From contig JBFLWF010000015.1 in NCBI GenBank assembly GCA_040758355.1, positions 1 through 59,006 on the forward strand: DNA of 59,006 nucleotides, in the 5' to 3' direction. The position numbers and the translations under genes were made by a program. Position 1 is the first letter of the stretch, and the number at the start of each line of letters is the position of its first letter. The DNA comes from Nitrospirota bacterium. Lineage in GTDB: Bacteria > Nitrospirota > Thermodesulfovibrionia > Thermodesulfovibrionales > Dissulfurispiraceae. The notes under the pieces are model-generated. The model was not told the DNA's origin and made no database searches. It worked only from the letters and a program-made list of their open reading frames with translations. Shown in pieces: positions 56,644 through 59,006 of the stretch.

Positions 56644-58553
56644 AAATAGCCCTTGCAGGACAGCCAAACTGCGGAAAGAGCACCATTTTCAATGCCCTGG
56701 CAGGATATAAGGCGGTTACTGCAAACTTCCCGGGTAAGACCGTCCAGTATACCTTGAGCACGGTAACCTTTGAAGGCAAGACCTTTGAGATAGTTGATTT
56801 ACCGGGAATATATTCCCTCACATCCATGGATCTGGCGGAGTTTGAGGCAAGGAAATACATCCTCTCGGGGCAGGCCGATGTGGTTATAAATGTCATAGAC
56901 GCATCCCTTTTATCCAGAAGCCTTGAGTTCACCATCCAGCTTATGGATATGGATATCCCCATGGTTATCTGCCTGAATATGATGGATGAGGCAAGGCGAA
57001 AGGGAGTACATATAGACACCGAAAAACTCTCCCAAATCCTTGGTATTCCTGTAGTGGAAACCATTGCCGTGAAAGGTCAGGGATTGGAGACCCTTTTCTA
57101 TGAGGCCCAGCGCGTTTTTGAGAAAAAAATCAAAGGAAAGCCCCCATCCTGCCATAAGGATGTGGAAGATGTCATCGAAGAGCTATCAGGGTTCATAGAT
57201 GAAAGGATTCTCAGGGAATTTAGAGTGCCGAGGAAGTTTTTGGCTAAAAAACTTCTTGAAGGAGACGGCTTTTTTATGGAAGAGGTAAAGAGATTTCCAG
57301 AGATGTCCAATGCCACAAAGAGCCTCCAAGCCTTTCTGGAAAAGACGCACGGCAGGCCATCCGATGCGGTCATATCATCCGAGAGACATGCCATAGCCAT
57401 GAACATCTTCGAGCAGGTGGCAAGGGTGGGCGAGTCTGTGAAGACCCTTCAGGACAGGATTGATAAATTGATCATGCATAAGTATCTCGGCTATGTAATT
57501 CTTTTCTTACTCCTTGTGATGTTCTTCGGTATTGTCTTTCAGTTGGGAAAGACACTGGAAGAACCTATTATTACAGCATTTGAGGGTCTCATGGAAAGTA
57601 TGGGTGATGAGATGGGGAAAGAGACATTATCCTTTTTCTTCGCAAAGGGAATAATGGAAGGACTGGCCGGAGGCATAGGAATAGTTCTTCCTTATCTGCT
57701 CCCATTTCTCATCGGTATGGCCATGCTTGAAGATGTGGGTTATCTGCCGAGGATGGCCTTTCTAATGGATGCCTTCATGCACAGGATCGGCCTTCATGGA
57801 AAATCCATTCTCCCCTTTGTCCTCGGTTATGGGTGCAATGTCCCGGCTATTATGGCAACAAGGATACTGGAAACACCGAGGGACAGGTTTATAACAGCGC
57901 TCCTTGCCACCATGATTCCCTGTGCGGCGAGGACGACTATTATCTATGCGCTTGTGGCCTATTATATCGGACCATGGGCAGCCCTTTTCATTTATATTCT
58001 TAATATCTTTGTTATTGCATTAACAGGGAAAATACTGACATATTTTATTCCGGAGGTCACACCCGGTCTTATCCTTGAGGTGCCTTCCCTCAAAAAGCCC
58101 TCTGCAAGGGTGGTGTTTGCAAAGACATGGCTCAGGATGAAGGAGTTTGTCTTTATTGCATGGCCGCTCCTTATTTTAAGCAGCATTTTCCTGAGTTTCC
58201 TCGAATATATAAAGGGAGACAGGATAATAAACAATATCCTCTCTCCCTTGACTTATATCCTCGGTCTTCCCGAGGCCGTAGGGACTACACTCATATTCGG
58301 TATTTTGAGGAAGGAGCTATCCATGCTCATGCTCTTTCAGGCGCTGGGGACTATGGATGTCTCCAGCGTCATGTCCCATGAGCAGATTCTCGTATTCACG
58401 ATCTTTGTCCTCTTCTATGTGCCCTGTGTTGCAACAATAGCCGTTTTATGGAAGGAGTTCGGATGGAAGAGGATGGCAGTGATAAGCCTTGCAACACTCA
58501 CTATTGCCCTTGCCGTTGCCATGGCAGTCAGGGGATTCATAGCGGTATTCTGA
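56640..58553 (+). CDS. feoB: Ferrous iron transport protein B
   Basis: 'GQPNCGKS', 'NFPG.TV', 'DLPGIYS', 'NMMD', 'GYGCNVPA', 'YVPCVAT'; GTG start at 56640. Confidence 0.96.
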   Translation: MKIALAGQPNCGKSTIFNALAGYKAVTANFPGKTVQYTLSTVTFEGKTFEIVDLPGIYSLTSMDLAEFEARKYILSGQADVVINVIDASLLSRSLEFTIQLMDMDIPMVICLNMMDEARRKGVHIDTEKLSQILGIPVVETIAVKGQGLETLFYEAQRVFEKKIKGKPPSCHKDVEDVIEELSGFIDERILREFRVPRKFLAKKLLEGDGFFMEEVKRFPEMSNATKSLQAFLEKTHGRPSDAVISSERHAIAMNIFEQVARVGESVKTLQDRIDKLIMHKYLGYVILFLLLVMFFGIVFQLGKTLEEPIITAFEGLMESMGDEMGKETLSFFFAKGIMEGLAGGIGIVLPYLLPFLIGMAMLEDVGYLPRMAFLMDAFMHRIGLHGKSILPFVLGYGCNVPAIMATRILETPRDRFITALLATMIPCAARTTIIYALVAYYIGPWAALFIYILNIFVIALTGKILTYFIPEVTPGLILEVPSLKKPSARVVFAKTWLRMKEFVFIAWPLLILSSIFLSFLEYIKGDRIINNILSPLTYILGLPEAVGTTLIFGILRKELSMLMLFQALGTMDVSSVMSHEQILVFTIFVLFYVPCVATIAVLWKEFGWKRMAVISLATLTIALAVAMAVRGFIAVF

Positions 58554-58773
58554 TATGAAACCGAAGCCCTTCGCAGCATTTCAAATAGAGCCTACATCTA
58601 ATCGACTTGAGACTTGCTTCAGCCATGATCTAAAAACAAGGATATTCTTATAAGCAATTTAATATTTTTAATTTGACATTTAGACCAGATGAATTATAAA
58701 ACTGACTAATGTTATATTATGGGTGTTTTATGATTATTTTGAGACCGTAACTGCGGGATTTTATATTTTTTGC

Positions 58774-58803
58774 TTGACAAGCCTTTATAACTTGAAGTAT
58801 AAA
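58774..58803 (+). promoter_or_regulatory. Putative sigma70 promoter for the nuo operon
   Basis: TTGACA-N18-TATAAA; a second TTGACA-N16-TATAAA at 58673-58700. Confidence 0.5.
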
Positions 58804-58850
58804 ATAGGTCGTTTTGGGTGTATAGAAAAAATATACATATTGAGGTGAGC

Positions 58851-59006
58851 ATGACCCCCCAGACCATGAATACAATGACACCGGGCAGTTACATACCAAC
58901 CGATTACCTGCCGATATTAATCATCATGATGATAGCCTTTGCCTTTGGATTAGGTGCATTGCTTGTAGGCAACCTGTTCAGGCTCAGGAGGCCCTACAAA
59001 GAGAAG
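58851..59006 (+). CDS. nuoA: NADH-quinone oxidoreductase subunit A, 5' partial
   Basis: Hand translation ...TDYLPILIIMMIAFAFGLGALLVGNLFRLRRPYKEK, typical NuoA first TM; runs off the window. Confidence 0.75.
   Translation, partial: MTPQTMNTMTPGSYIPTDYLPILIIMMIAFAFGLGALLVGNLFRLRRPYKEK

Overview
A 59-kb bacterial chromosomal window. Gene content (acsE-like methyltransferase, split Fe-S fumarase, ntrYX, DUF507 pair, YedE/TusA/DsrE cluster, nuoA) suggests an anaerobic sulfur-cycling Nitrospirota (Thermodesulfovibrionia-like); this is inference only. All family assignments come from motifs I recognised, not from database searches. Housekeeping genes (der, hisI, proA, nadD, rpsF-ssb-rpsR, trpC, start of nuoA) alternate with four accessory blocks. 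(1) A type III restriction-modification locus with an AlbA_2/Schlafen-HATPase-wHTH gene and 75-bp direct repeats between mod and res. (2) An arsenic operon (arsP-thioredoxin-arsR-acr3). (3) The best candidate for an undescribed system: a sigma54-controlled sulfur-trafficking locus. A sensing module (YeeE, TusA, soluble kinase, sigma54 activator) precedes an operon encoding a periplasmic rhodanese, an archaemetzincin, a minimal DsrEFH-like trio, a small membrane peptide, a secreted protein whose only cysteine is a C-terminal GGC, a half-swapped YeeE, TusA and a USP. (4) A metal-handling island (NifX-like, two MinD-ferredoxin ATPases, CDF-NifX, two ZIP, RtcB, MBL hydrolase, FeoAB). The window is also scattered with 7/8-mer arrays, REP-like hairpins (several in-frame inside genes), MITE-like elements and gene remnants (a toxin, xth). 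No rRNA, tRNA or CRISPR array was seen.
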